A DNA stretch of 63,999 nt, counting the filler, from Candidatus Woesearchaeota archaeon (GTDB taxonomy: Archaea > Nanobdellota > Nanobdellia > Woesearchaeales > B72-G16): the NCBI GenBank assembly GCA_003650545.1. It is 3 parts of 3 records of this genome, joined end to end, with 100 filler letters (N's around TTAATTAATTAA, not from the genome) between each part and the next. Parts side by side here need not be neighbours in the genome. Positions count along the whole stretch, not along the records: positions 30,955 to 61,212 come from QMQO01000016.1; 2 more parts are not named here. One strand, written 5' to 3'. Position numbers and translations under genes: made by a program. The notes under the pieces are model-generated. The model was given only the letters and a program-made list of their open reading frames with translations. It ran no database searches and was not told the DNA's origin. Shown one piece after another: positions 30,955 through 40,860 of the stretch (within the stretch, counting starts at the first letter, position 1; each line of letters begins with the position of its first letter).

Positions 30955-31071
30955 AAGTTGAGTGCGCCGAAATTTTCGCTGCGCACTCTTTCATTTAATT
31001 TACAAATATATAGAACTAACGGAGGAAAGGATGTTCCGTTGGGCTAAAGCCCAAGGTATCCTTTAAATGTA

Positions 31072-31815
31072 ATGAATAACAAAAAATGGATCCAAGAAAA
31101 GAAGGAAGGATATACCAAAAGAAAGGTTGCTCTATATTACGATAAAAAAAGATTTAGCAATTATGGTGGCAGATATGTTGATAATAAAGAAAAAGCAATA
31201 GTTACAAGTTATCTCAAAGATGAACTTAGTAGTATTGCTCGGGGTAAAAAGGTTTCTTTGCTGGATGTTCCTTGCGGAACTGGCAGATTTGCTGTGTTGT
31301 TTAGTAATAAAGGTTTTAATGTTACTGCAGCAGATTATTCACAGGACATGCTTGATATTACCGCTAAAAGGGCCAAAGTTAAATTGGTAAAATGCGATGC
31401 TTACAATATGCCTTTTAAAAAAGGAAAGTTTGACGTAGTTGTGAGCATTAGATTTTTATTCCATTATCCTAATCCTGAAAACATTTTAAAAGAGTTAGTC
31501 AGAGTAACAAAGAATGGTGGAATATTAGTTTTCTGTACATTAAACAAGTATTCAGTAAGATATTTTATCGAGATAATATTAGATTTATTTAGAAAAAGCA
31601 AAGAACACAAACTTAAATTTGTTACTGAAAAGGAATTGAACGAAAAAATTAAAAACTTAGGAGTAAAAATTTTAACTACAGAAAGCATGTTTGTGATACC
31701 AACGCAGATGTATGGAAAATTGCCAAAGTTCATGGTTAAGTTCTTTATGTTCATTGAAAAATTTACACCTGATAACTTAAAAATACTCAGATATTGGAAA
31801 GTAAGTAAGAAATGA
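31072..31815 (+). CDS. Class I SAM-dependent methyltransferase
   Basis: LLDVPCGTGRF, ADYSQDML, FDVVVS, ELVRVTKNGG. Confidence 0.92.
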   Translation: MNNKKWIQEKKEGYTKRKVALYYDKKRFSNYGGRYVDNKEKAIVTSYLKDELSSIARGKKVSLLDVPCGTGRFAVLFSNKGFNVTAADYSQDMLDITAKRAKVKLVKCDAYNMPFKKGKFDVVVSIRFLFHYPNPENILKELVRVTKNGGILVFCTLNKYSVRYFIEIILDLFRKSKEHKLKFVTEKELNEKIKNLGVKILTTESMFVIPTQMYGKLPKFMVKFFMFIEKFTPDNLKILRYWKVSKK

Positions 31816-32771
31816 AAAGAAATAAAAAGAATGGAACAAAGGTAATAACACGGGTTTTAAGAAGTGTTGCAGGAATCTTTATTGGAATAAGTATTCTCAT
31901 ATATCTTCTAAGTAAGGTTGGAATAAGAGAAATATACGATAAATCAGTACATGTCAATGTTAGTTTTTTGATTGTCGGCTTGGTTTTGTTATTTTTAGGC
32001 TATTTTTTACAAGGCTTGAGGTGGTATATATTAGTTTCTGATAGATACAAAGTTACATATGAACATTCTTTGATGAGTGTGTTTGCTGGTCTGTTCTTGA
32101 ATCAGATAATACCATTAAATCTTGGTTTTTTTGCAAAACCATTGTTGATGAAAACCAAATATAAAAAAGCATCACTTATGTTTCTGATTCAGACAACAAT
32201 ATTTGAGATTTTTTTAAATATAATTGTTATACTCATATTAATATTGCCTCTGTTGAGTATTTATTATAAACAGATATTTGAGCGAGCATCTTGGTGGATA
32301 TTAATCATTTTATTGATTATATTAGCTGTATGGCTCAAAAGAAAATTTGTTATAAGAATGTTAAAAAAAATTTCTAAAATTAGATTTAATATAACAACAG
32401 TAAAGGCTGTGTTGATAAGTTTTCTTATTTTTATAAATCAAGTAGTAATTTATTATTTTGTTGTCAGAGCGTTCAGTATTGAATTAAATTTTTTTTATAT
32501 TTCCTTTGCCGCATTAGTAACATTGCTCTGCAGCTTCCTAGTTTTTGTTCCTGCAGGTATTGGTATAAGGGATGGTGTTTTTATGTATCTATTAATGAGG
32601 GAAGGTATTGAGATGTCTCTCGGCTTGTCAGTTAGCTTATCGGTTACAATAGCTCATATTGTTTATCTTTCTTTAATAGGCGGGATGATTTTTACCATCG
32701 GATTTGATATACCGTTGAAAAGAATTATTTCACAAGTGAAGAATAAGCTTTTAAAACAGAAGACCATTTAA
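31812..32771 (+). CDS. Flippase-like (lysylphosphatidylglycerol synthase TM / UPF0104) membrane protein
   Basis: LRW, NQIIP..LG, PAGIGIRD motifs; multiple TM. Confidence 0.82.
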   Translation: MKRNKKNGTKVITRVLRSVAGIFIGISILIYLLSKVGIREIYDKSVHVNVSFLIVGLVLLFLGYFLQGLRWYILVSDRYKVTYEHSLMSVFAGLFLNQIIPLNLGFFAKPLLMKTKYKKASLMFLIQTTIFEIFLNIIVILILILPLLSIYYKQIFERASWWILIILLIILAVWLKRKFVIRMLKKISKIRFNITTVKAVLISFLIFINQVVIYYFVVRAFSIELNFFYISFAALVTLLCSFLVFVPAGIGIRDGVFMYLLMREGIEMSLGLSVSLSVTIAHIVYLSLIGGMIFTIGFDIPLKRIISQVKNKLLKQKTI

Positions 32772-33885
32772 ATTTTTTCAACAGTTTTTTTAAATCTTTC
32801 TTATTTGGTTTGAAGTTTGTAGATAATAGATCATACAAACTATTTTTCAAAGCGAGCGCGTCACCTGCCCGAGTGATTCTGCCGAGTTTATTAGTTACTA
32901 TTGTTTTTAATGTTTCAAGATTAGAGATTACTACTGGTAGACCAATGTTAAAGTATTCAAAAATCCTGAATGTGTAGATTGCGTCTGTACTAAGCCTTTT
33001 TCTTGAAGGAATAACACCAACATCACCTGCATTGAGGAAATTGGGAACTTCATGGCGCTGGACCCAGCCTGTGTATATAACCTTCTCTTTTATAGGAGAG
33101 TTTAGCACAACTTTCTTCAGTCTTTGGAAATATTTACGACCATTTCCCACAACTAACAGTCTAGCTTCTGGAATCTCTTTTACAAGATCTTTGAAAGCGT
33201 TATAAAGAATATCTAATCCATCATAGACTTCAGCATCGCCAAGATATACGACTACTTTATTTTTCGATGTTAAGCCAAGCTTACTTCGGACTAGCTTTTT
33301 AGATATTTTTGATTTAAAACCGCTCTCCACACCATCAGGCATAACTAAAATTTTGTTAAGATCTATATTGTAACGAGCATTTAGTTCCATCTTCATAAAT
33401 TCACTTACTACAACAACTTTATAAGCATTTTTAGGAAAGTTTAGACACTCCATTTTTTCAATCCACCTAACAAAAGGACCCCAGAAAACATTAGGGTGTG
33501 TTGCGAGGAAGAAATCCCAACCAAAATCGGTCATGTCACAGATAACTTTAACTTTTTTTAATTTTTTGGAAACTAAGTAATTAGCATAGTTTGGGACAAA
33601 ATTCCAACCAATGAGATAATCCACATTTGGATGATTATCAATAATATATTTTGCAACTTTTTTTGCATATTTTAACCTTGAAATGAATTCGAAAATGCCC
33701 TTCTTTTCCTTGTAGTTTAGGCCTTCAAGCTTTATTTTTTTTTCGATGCCAGAGTTTTGGCCTGAATGGACCAAAATAACTTCATGAGTTTTTGCGAGGA
33801 CATCTGCTATCTTTATTATTCTAAGATTTGACCGACTTATCGGTGGATAATTACGTTCTACAACTAGAACTATCTTTGCCATCAT
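32725..33885 (-). CDS. Glycosyltransferase family 4
   Basis: VVVVSEFMK, MPDGV, YTGWV, IFEYFNIGLPVV GT-B motifs. Confidence 0.9.
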   Translation of the reverse strand: MMAKIVLVVERNYPPISRSNLRIIKIADVLAKTHEVILVHSGQNSGIEKKIKLEGLNYKEKKGIFEFISRLKYAKKVAKYIIDNHPNVDYLIGWNFVPNYANYLVSKKLKKVKVICDMTDFGWDFFLATHPNVFWGPFVRWIEKMECLNFPKNAYKVVVVSEFMKMELNARYNIDLNKILVMPDGVESGFKSKISKKLVRSKLGLTSKNKVVVYLGDAEVYDGLDILYNAFKDLVKEIPEARLLVVGNGRKYFQRLKKVVLNSPIKEKVIYTGWVQRHEVPNFLNAGDVGVIPSRKRLSTDAIYTFRIFEYFNIGLPVVISNLETLKTIVTNKLGRITRAGDALALKNSLYDLLSTNFKPNKKDLKKLLKKFKWSSVLKAYSSLVK

Positions 33886-34211
33886 TTCACCTTTTCTAAT
33901 GCAATAGCTTTAACGATTTTATTTAGTTTTTTTTGTTGTGTTCTAACTGATTTATGTAGAAAAAATACAACTGCAAGTAAGAATAATACTCCTGTGATCG
34001 CAAATAATTGAATCGCAGATACAATGCCGAGACTTTCTAGAAAAATATTTACTGTACTTGGAATAAGAACTGCAATAACAAGTAAAATCCAGACAATTAG
34101 CCAGATTATAAAATCCTTCATATCAAACTGCCTTCTCCGGAAATATAAATAAGTAAAATAAATCATTGCTACTGCAAAAACAAAGCCTATGATCTGAATG
34201 CCTAAAACCAT
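33882..34211 (-). CDS. DUF2304 membrane protein
   Basis: Three TM plus basic C-terminal helix, adjacent to a DPM-like GT2. Confidence 0.8.
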   Translation of the reverse strand: MVLGIQIIGFVFAVAMIYFTYLYFRRRQFDMKDFIIWLIVWILLVIAVLIPSTVNIFLESLGIVSAIQLFAITGVLFLLAVVFFLHKSVRTQQKKLNKIVKAIALEKVK

Positions 34212-34256
34212 TTTGTTACCTAAATTTATCTATGTTATACCATCTATTATATATAG

Positions 34257-34919
34257 TTATCGGGTTAATCTCCAACGGAGCATGTTTAGTACTATCACAA
34301 CACCGTCAATCACAGTTGTGCCTTTTGCTTTATCGTGATAGACTGTTTTAATTGGAAGTTCTCCTATCTTCAGTTTATGTTTTCCTGCATTAGCAAGCAT
34401 CTCTGCTTCAACAGAATAGCCGGTAGAATTCCAGATGATTTTTTTATAAATTTTAGTTTTTAAGATCCTAAAGCCAGATTGTGTATCTTTTACATCAACA
34501 CCAAATAGGATTTTGAATGTCTTTTGGATAATGTAGTTGCCAATCTTAAAAACTATCGGCATGTTTTTGTTGAGTTTTCTGGCTCCAATTAGAAGGTCCA
34601 ATTTATTTTTTTTGAAATACTCCAGAAAACGTGGAATGTCAGCTGGGTTGTGTTGACCATCCGAATCTAAAGTTATAATTATATCCATATTCTTAATCAA
34701 TGCAGCTTCGATTCCTGTTTTTAATGCTAAGCCTTTGCCACTGTTTATTGGATGTTTAAGTAGAATGTCTGGCTTTACTTTTTCTGCTTCTTGATATGTT
34801 TTATCTGTACTACCATCATCAACAACAATAACCTTATCTACATATTTCTTTGTATCCTGAATCACACGGGCAATATGCTCCTCTTCATTATATGCCGGAA
34901 TTATAGCTGCAACTTTCAT
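34257..34919 (-). CDS. Glycosyltransferase family 2 (DPM1-like)
   Basis: IIPAYNEE, VVDDGSTD, DSDGQH, DTQSGFR. Confidence 0.94.
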   Translation of the reverse strand: MKVAAIIPAYNEEEHIARVIQDTKKYVDKVIVVDDGSTDKTYQEAEKVKPDILLKHPINSGKGLALKTGIEAALIKNMDIIITLDSDGQHNPADIPRFLEYFKKNKLDLLIGARKLNKNMPIVFKIGNYIIQKTFKILFGVDVKDTQSGFRILKTKIYKKIIWNSTGYSVEAEMLANAGKHKLKIGELPIKTVYHDKAKGTTVIDGVVIVLNMLRWRLTR

Positions 34920-34924
34920 CTAAA

Positions 34925-35923
34925 TCACACCAACAGAAACACAGCTAACAAAGCCATAATTATTTGGAAACCGTAAAGTAAAAATACAACTTCACGTTCG
35001 TATGCAAATTTTTTGATTTTTCTTATTAAAAGAATTGCAAAATGTTCCAACCCGTATATATTACTATATTTGTTTGCTAGTGAACCATTTGGAAGAACGC
35101 GAGCAAAGCTTTCCTTGCGAAATTTCCCCCGCAGCTTTAAGAAAAACTCTATTATGTAAGGAATAAATAATAGTAATAAAACACGTTCCATATTGCCAAG
35201 TATCGCAACTATGCCGATTAAAGCCCCCACAGTGTATGTCAGAACATCTCCTGGAAAAACTTTTGCAGGTGGTAGGTTAAAATACAGGAATGCAATTAAA
35301 GCAGCGACCATTATGAAGCAGATCATTGTAATGTGGGTCGCGCCTGTTATCCAGCTTGCAATTCCAAGGGTTGCTAGAATGATGATGCCCTGACCAGCTT
35401 CTAGACCATTATAGCCTGCAAGCATGTTGAAACCATTTGCTGTAATTGTTATTATTAAAGGTATTAAAATTATAGGGTAGACTAAACCTAGGTTAATAGG
35501 GCCAAGGAAAGGTAGAGTGACGATAGATATACCTGCATTTACAACCATTAGTGGAAGTGCAGCTAGTGCGCACAAGATTGGTTTTTGGTGTTGTCTTAAG
35601 CCAAGCTTCCACCCAAGAATATCGTCCATGATGCCAATGATTGCAATTATCAATGTCGTGGTGATAGCAGCCATCATTCCAAGATTTATCTGATAACCTA
35701 TATCATTAAAAACAAATGTTCTCAATGCAATGTAGAATAAAGCGCCCCCTAGAAAACCTACTAATACAACAATGCCACCCATCTCAGCTACTTCTCTGTG
35801 TTCGAGTTTATGCATATCTCTACCAGTAAGTTGAGCTTTTTTTGCACGCTTGATCCACTGAGGGGTTAATAGTAAAGTCGCTACAAAGCTTATCACTACC
35901 CCCAAAAATAGTATCCAATTCAT
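34925..35923 (-). CDS. Polyprenyl-phosphate GlcNAc-1-phosphotransferase (AglH/Alg7, MraY family)
   Basis: GRDMHK, EMGG, GIMDD, NMLAGYNGLE, PAKVFPGD. Confidence 0.9.
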   Translation of the reverse strand: MNWILFLGVVISFVATLLLTPQWIKRAKKAQLTGRDMHKLEHREVAEMGGIVVLVGFLGGALFYIALRTFVFNDIGYQINLGMMAAITTTLIIAIIGIMDDILGWKLGLRQHQKPILCALAALPLMVVNAGISIVTLPFLGPINLGLVYPIILIPLIITITANGFNMLAGYNGLEAGQGIIILATLGIASWITGATHITMICFIMVAALIAFLYFNLPPAKVFPGDVLTYTVGALIGIVAILGNMERVLLLLFIPYIIEFFLKLRGKFRKESFARVLPNGSLANKYSNIYGLEHFAILLIRKIKKFAYEREVVFLLYGFQIIMALLAVFLLV

Positions 35924-36200
35924 GTTAAGTTGCGAAATTCTGACATTTATTAAGGTTTCGCTATTATCTGTGTGAATTTGGCTATCGAAAAATTTTTATA
36001 TAATACGGTGTGAAAAATTAAAGTTAAAATTGGCAATGTAAAAAGGGATCTTGTTGCTTTATAAATTGTTGTACAGATTAATACGTATTTGCAATTCATT
36101 GTTTTTACATACCAAATCAAAGCTAGCCAAAGTGTTGAAAATTTAAAAATTATAGAAATAACCAGAAAATATTAAAAATAACTGTTGATTCTAATTAATA

Positions 36201-36986
36201 ATGATAGCAATCTTTGAGGCTTTTGTATTAGCAATTGTTCAAGGCATTACAGAATGGTTGCCTGTTAGTAGTTCTGGACATCTTGCTTTAATTGAGAATA
36301 TATTTGGTATAGCCGATCCTGTATTTTATTCTGTTATGTTACATTTTGCAACGTTGTTTGTTGTGATTGTTGTGTTTTGGAAGGATGTCGTCAGAATCCT
36401 TAAAAGCTATTTTATTGGTGACACAGAATATCAAAAGTTAGGATTACTAGTGCTATTATCTGTCTTGCCCACTGCTGCGATTGGATTCGCTTTTATGAAG
36501 TACTTTGAGGCTGCCTATACAAACTATTTCACTATTGCAGCCGCGTTTTTTGTAACAGCAATATTATTAATGTTCTTCAGATTTGCAACTGAGAAGAGAA
36601 AGAAGGTTTGTGTTGTTGATGCACTAGTTGTTGGTGTTGCACAGGGAATTGCGATTATACCTGGTATATCAAGGAGTGGTGCAACAATTGCTACTGGAAG
36701 GTTTCTTGGTTTAAGGAGAGAGATAGCTGCTAAGTTTGCATTCTTAATGTTTATACCTGCAATCATTGGGGCAACAGGCTATCAGATGATATACAGGTCA
36801 GAAGAAATCGCCTATGCTACTACTGATTGGGGTGCATTGATCCTTGCTATGATTACAGCAGCTGTTGTTGGATATTTTGCATTGAAGTTTGTGTTAAGAA
36901 CGATAAAAAGGAATGCATTTCATAAGTTTAGTTACTATTGTTTTGCGGTTGGTGTTGTTAGTTTGATTTTGGGATTAGCTTTATAG
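36201..36986 (+). CDS. uppP: Undecaprenyl-diphosphate phosphatase
   Basis: QGITEWLPVSSSGH and PGISRSGATI. Confidence 0.95.
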   Translation: MIAIFEAFVLAIVQGITEWLPVSSSGHLALIENIFGIADPVFYSVMLHFATLFVVIVVFWKDVVRILKSYFIGDTEYQKLGLLVLLSVLPTAAIGFAFMKYFEAAYTNYFTIAAAFFVTAILLMFFRFATEKRKKVCVVDALVVGVAQGIAIIPGISRSGATIATGRFLGLRREIAAKFAFLMFIPAIIGATGYQMIYRSEEIAYATTDWGALILAMITAAVVGYFALKFVLRTIKRNAFHKFSYYCFAVGVVSLILGLAL

Positions 36987-39436
36987 CTTAGAAAGAGTTT
37001 ACCCCACGGCGTTTTGTTAAACTTTCCTATTCTTAGTTTGCCGACTGTAGGATACCAAAGTTTGTCGTGGTAAAACTCTGAAGCAAATATAAACATCCTG
37101 AATAAAGGTGTATGAAAGAATAAATGTTCTGCAAATCTTAATCTTTTTCTGAATAATTGATCAAAGAATATAACAGGACTTTTGAAGGTTTTGAATCTTA
37201 AGTTGATATTTTTTATTGAATCTCCTACAACGTCTATCTGCCTCAGATCGGCCGTTCCAAGACCTTGGTCGTGTGCTAGTTTTAAGAACTTTATCTTCAT
37301 TGGATCAAAACCCATTAGCTTGGCTGCAACAGCATCAATTGCAGCCTGATCTTCGCTAGCAAGGATTAGATTTGCTGTTACAGGTAACATTGTCCTTGGG
37401 CCTTTGCCATTGCCTGCTACAGTGCCATCCATCACTGCAAATAAGTTTGGATGAATGTCTTTCTGTATTTTTAGTATGTCAACTAGAACTTCGTGGATCA
37501 TTTTATGGCAATGGTGTCTGCGTGTTGTGACAAGGCCTCCGAAAGCATTTTTGATCGCACCTGTCATTACAGTGTGGCCGTGTGTGTTATGAAGTAGTAT
37601 CCCATTTCCAATAAAATTATGTGATTTTTCGAGCACAGTAATATCGTATAAATCTGTTTTCTTTTCAATATTTGTAATTTCTACGATATCCTCCCAAATT
37701 AATGCATTATCTAGTAAAAAATCTAAATAACTAAAATCATCAGGGTTATAATTTCCTAATAAGATTAGCTTATAACGTAAGGCATTAACTAAGTACCTAA
37801 AACTTTTTCGTGGAATCCGTTTTTTATAATATATTAAACTCTGCCAAAATCTATTTCCCCGGGCTCTTCTATCAAAAGGATTTGAAAGTTTGGGAAGTTT
37901 TTCAAAAAAATGTACAATCTTTTCTTTATGTATAGGTATAAAATCATAGTTAGTGGTAAAATCATTCTTTCTTTTGTTGATATTCTCCAATAATTCATGA
38001 AGTTTCTTTTTATTTTTTGATTTTCTAAATTCAGGCTTTAATTTATTCAACTTAATAATATCGTCAGCATAAATTGATAAAGTAAAAACGTCCTTGTATT
38101 TGTGTTGCTTTCTTTTTTTTGAAAATGCAACGACACCTATTCTTTGGAACAGCAGTTGCATCAGTTTGGCATCATTTTCATTTGTCGTAGTTATATTTAT
38201 CTGTCGCGATTTTGGTATGATAGATCCGTCACAATCTATATATGTAACTAAAAAATTTACGATTTCTTCTTTGGTACACGAATATATAAAACTAGGGATT
38301 TGCTTTTTATTATTCAACAAGACACCCAATTGTTTTAAAACATCCACTAATTGTTTGGAATGTACAAATAATTCATGTTTATTGCTTCTTTTGGATCTAA
38401 ATTTTAAACCAAAGATATCTTTAGTTATTCTTTTAAAATCGCTTAACAGTTCATCAGAATAATTTGTAAAGTGAATTGCATAGTTCTTATTTTTTCTATT
38501 CTCTATGCTTCCTTCACTAACAATATATGCAATCCACCGACATAATTCAGGTGAACTTCTTTTTGGATATGTTATTTTATTATGGGATTTTTTAATTTTA
38601 ATCTTTTTTAAATTTATTTTAATTCTCCTTTCTCTAAAAGACGAGATTTCTCTTAAAACGGCAATCTTATGTTGCTTCTTATTTAATTTCTTCGCTTTAA
38701 CCCAACCTTCCTGTGTTAAAAACGGGTGTTCTGCTGAAACAATTACTTCTTTTCCTGTCTTAAGCCTTATCTTATAGATTTTACCTTTAGATTTATTTCG
38801 CCAAACTATTGCCTTTACATATTTCGTTCTTTTCTGTTTAGTTCCTACAAATGTTAAAACGCGATTTTTGAATGATTTCTTTTCTTCCTTTTTTTCTAAA
38901 TTAGGTTTACCAAACATATCTTTGATTCTTATTAAACCTCTACTAGTTGAAATCAAAGTGTCCCCATGTACACATTTCATTGTTGGCAGATGCATGATGT
39001 TTTTACCTATAAACATCTCTGGAATTTTGTATGTGTCACCAAAGATGTGATGTAGTGCTATGGAATCGTTTAATTTGTAGTTGATCCATTTGACTGTTGT
39101 TAGGTCTATTAGTTTTAGATCTGCTTTGCTTAGGATTGGTTTCCATCTATTACCCCTTTCGCCTTTTCTGACGTCTGTCACAACGGTTCTGTTTTCGACT
39201 GGATAGAGTTTCTTAAATTTGTCTTTTTTAAGCTTGTTTAAAACTCCTGCGAGTTGCCACGGTTGTGTTGAGCATGCAGGGAAGTATAAACTCCAGGATA
39301 GATTAAGTTTAAGGATAAGGTCTTTTGAGGGCTTTAGTTTATGTTTATATTTTGCTAAGTCTAAAAGTTTAGAATAGTCTTCTAATACTGTTTTAGGTGT
39401 TGTTCTTAAAACTGCAACTTTACTTGCTTTAGGCAT
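36935..39436 (-). CDS. DUF362 family protein interrupted by an intein
   Basis: LKLNLSW, LPTMK/THGHT..TGAIKNAFGG, GKGPR, DQAAIDAVAAKLMG; extein 370 aa. Confidence 0.88.
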   Translation of the reverse strand: MPKASKVAVLRTTPKTVLEDYSKLLDLAKYKHKLKPSKDLILKLNLSWSLYFPACSTQPWQLAGVLNKLKKDKFKKLYPVENRTVVTDVRKGERGNRWKPILSKADLKLIDLTTVKWINYKLNDSIALHHIFGDTYKIPEMFIGKNIMHLPTMKCVHGDTLISTSRGLIRIKDMFGKPNLEKKEEKKSFKNRVLTFVGTKQKRTKYVKAIVWRNKSKGKIYKIRLKTGKEVIVSAEHPFLTQEGWVKAKKLNKKQHKIAVLREISSFRERRIKINLKKIKIKKSHNKITYPKRSSPELCRWIAYIVSEGSIENRKNKNYAIHFTNYSDELLSDFKRITKDIFGLKFRSKRSNKHELFVHSKQLVDVLKQLGVLLNNKKQIPSFIYSCTKEEIVNFLVTYIDCDGSIIPKSRQINITTTNENDAKLMQLLFQRIGVVAFSKKRKQHKYKDVFTLSIYADDIIKLNKLKPEFRKSKNKKKLHELLENINKRKNDFTTNYDFIPIHKEKIVHFFEKLPKLSNPFDRRARGNRFWQSLIYYKKRIPRKSFRYLVNALRYKLILLGNYNPDDFSYLDFLLDNALIWEDIVEITNIEKKTDLYDITVLEKSHNFIGNGILLHNTHGHTVMTGAIKNAFGGLVTTRRHHCHKMIHEVLVDILKIQKDIHPNLFAVMDGTVAGNGKGPRTMLPVTANLILASEDQAAIDAVAAKLMGFDPMKIKFLKLAHDQGLGTADLRQIDVVGDSIKNINLRFKTFKSPVIFFDQLFRKRLRFAEHLFFHTPLFRMFIFASEFYHDKLWYPTVGKLRIGKFNKTPWGKLFLSYKANPKIKLTTPTAKQ
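37586..38974 (-). mobile_element. Intein (463 aa) with LAGLIDADG homing endonuclease
   Basis: Starts CVHGDT, block B VSAEHPF, IAYIVSEG and TYIDCDGS, ends LLHN before Thr. Confidence 0.93.
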
Positions 39437-40409
39437 TTTCAGTTATATTCTCTACAACTACTTTTACTGATTTAACATGAGCACATCTTAAAATGATTGT
39501 AGCCATAATCAAACTAATTGCAATGGTTATTATGCGAATCAATAAAAAGCAGACAACGACTGCATTGAAATCAATATTGAAGAGGCCGGTGATGGTTAAT
39601 ATGGTTGCACCATCTGCTATTCCAATTCCGGCTGGAGTTGGGGAGATTGTGGATGAAAATCCCAGTATTAAGAAAGCAATGCAAACTGCAAAAAAACTAA
39701 TATGGATGTTAAATGCCCAGAAAATTGCCTGAAACATTAATAAATCAACTGCTGTTGCTATAAATGTAACAATAAAAACAAAAAGTGTTTTATGTTTTAT
39801 TTCTCTAGCACCATCACTAACATGCTTCATTGGCTCTATGCAATATTTATGAATAAACCTCCAACGTAAGATTTTCTTTAGGTAATCCCATGATTTCTTG
39901 TAGAACAACAATATTAACAACAGAGTTATAAGACCAAATATGATCGCAATTGTGTGTGCGAATGCGCCTAGCGAATGGTAGATAACCAAAAAACCAAGAA
40001 TGCCAAAAAGCAATGTTGTGTATGGCTCAATAACTCCCCGGTCCAGGAAGATCAAGCCAGAAAACTTTTTGTTTCGTCTATATTTTTTTACAAGGAGTGG
40101 AGCAAAATCACCAAATCTTCCCGGAAAGATGATTGCGCCAATGCGTGATATGCCAAAGGCCTTTGACAAGTCTGTAGATTTAATCTTATGCTTAAGCCAG
40201 TGATGCCATTTCCAGAGACGTATTAAGACTGAGAGTACCATAAGCATCGCTGAGATGACAACGAAAAAAATTAAATTGAATAGATTGGTGCTCCCAAATA
40301 AGTTTTCAAGTGCTTTTAGGTCTAAATTTTTAAAGATAAAGTAAAATATGAATGCTGCAATTATCCAGCCGATTGTTGTTATAATGGTGTTTTTCTTGCC
40401 AAGTCTCAT
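39429..40409 (-). CDS. Flippase-like (UPF0104) membrane protein
   Basis: WKW, PGRFGD, DR, TPAGIGIAD; multiple TM. Confidence 0.82.
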   Translation of the reverse strand: MRLGKKNTIITTIGWIIAAFIFYFIFKNLDLKALENLFGSTNLFNLIFFVVISAMLMVLSVLIRLWKWHHWLKHKIKSTDLSKAFGISRIGAIIFPGRFGDFAPLLVKKYRRNKKFSGLIFLDRGVIEPYTTLLFGILGFLVIYHSLGAFAHTIAIIFGLITLLLILLFYKKSWDYLKKILRWRFIHKYCIEPMKHVSDGAREIKHKTLFVFIVTFIATAVDLLMFQAIFWAFNIHISFFAVCIAFLILGFSSTISPTPAGIGIADGATILTITGLFNIDFNAVVVCFLLIRIITIAISLIMATIILRCAHVKSVKVVVENITENA

Positions 40410-40622
40410 TTTTTGAAATGATTTTCTTTTTTTTTTAATTCCACGTTGCGATAAAAATTTTGTGGATAGGCTGATTTGGAATAAATATAAAATATGCTAA
40501 CTAGCATTGAGCTCTTTTGATTTTTGGTGATGGAATATAGTCTTGTTGCAAAGCCACAAAACCAAAAACCAAAGGGTTTGCTTTTATACCTTGGGTAGTT
40601 TTATTATATATAAATATAAATA

Positions 40623-40636
40623 GAAAGATTTATAAA
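40623..40636 (+). promoter_or_regulatory. BRE-TATA promoter of 5S rRNA
   Basis: GAAAGATTTATAAA about 25 bp upstream of the 5S start; the same motif recurs upstream of other genes. Confidence 0.75.
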
Positions 40637-40659
40637 TGGTTCTTTCTTCAAGAGTTATA

Positions 40660-40771
40660 GGACGGTCATAGGGGCGTGGTTCCACCCGATCCCATTTCGA
40701 ACTCGGAAGTTAAGCACGCCTCCGTTCCATGTTGTACTGTACTTATGTACGGGAAGCATGGAAAGCTGTCC
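40660..40771 (+). rRNA. rrf: 5S rRNA (unlinked)
   Basis: GGACGGT/GCTGTCC terminal helix, CACCCGATCCCATTTCGAACTCGGAAGTTAAG core, T-run after the end. Confidence 0.95.
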
Positions 40772-40860
40772 GCTTTTTTTTCGGTCTTTTAATTTTCATA
40801 AGTTTTATATACTTGCTTATCTACATGTTTTATATTGACAACAGAAAAAAGTTTCTTATA

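Noticed and set aside
40729..40860. N-terminal extension of the tracked 362-aa ORF
   Set aside because: Overlaps the 5S rRNA and its terminator; ATG 40861 gives a sensible signal peptide
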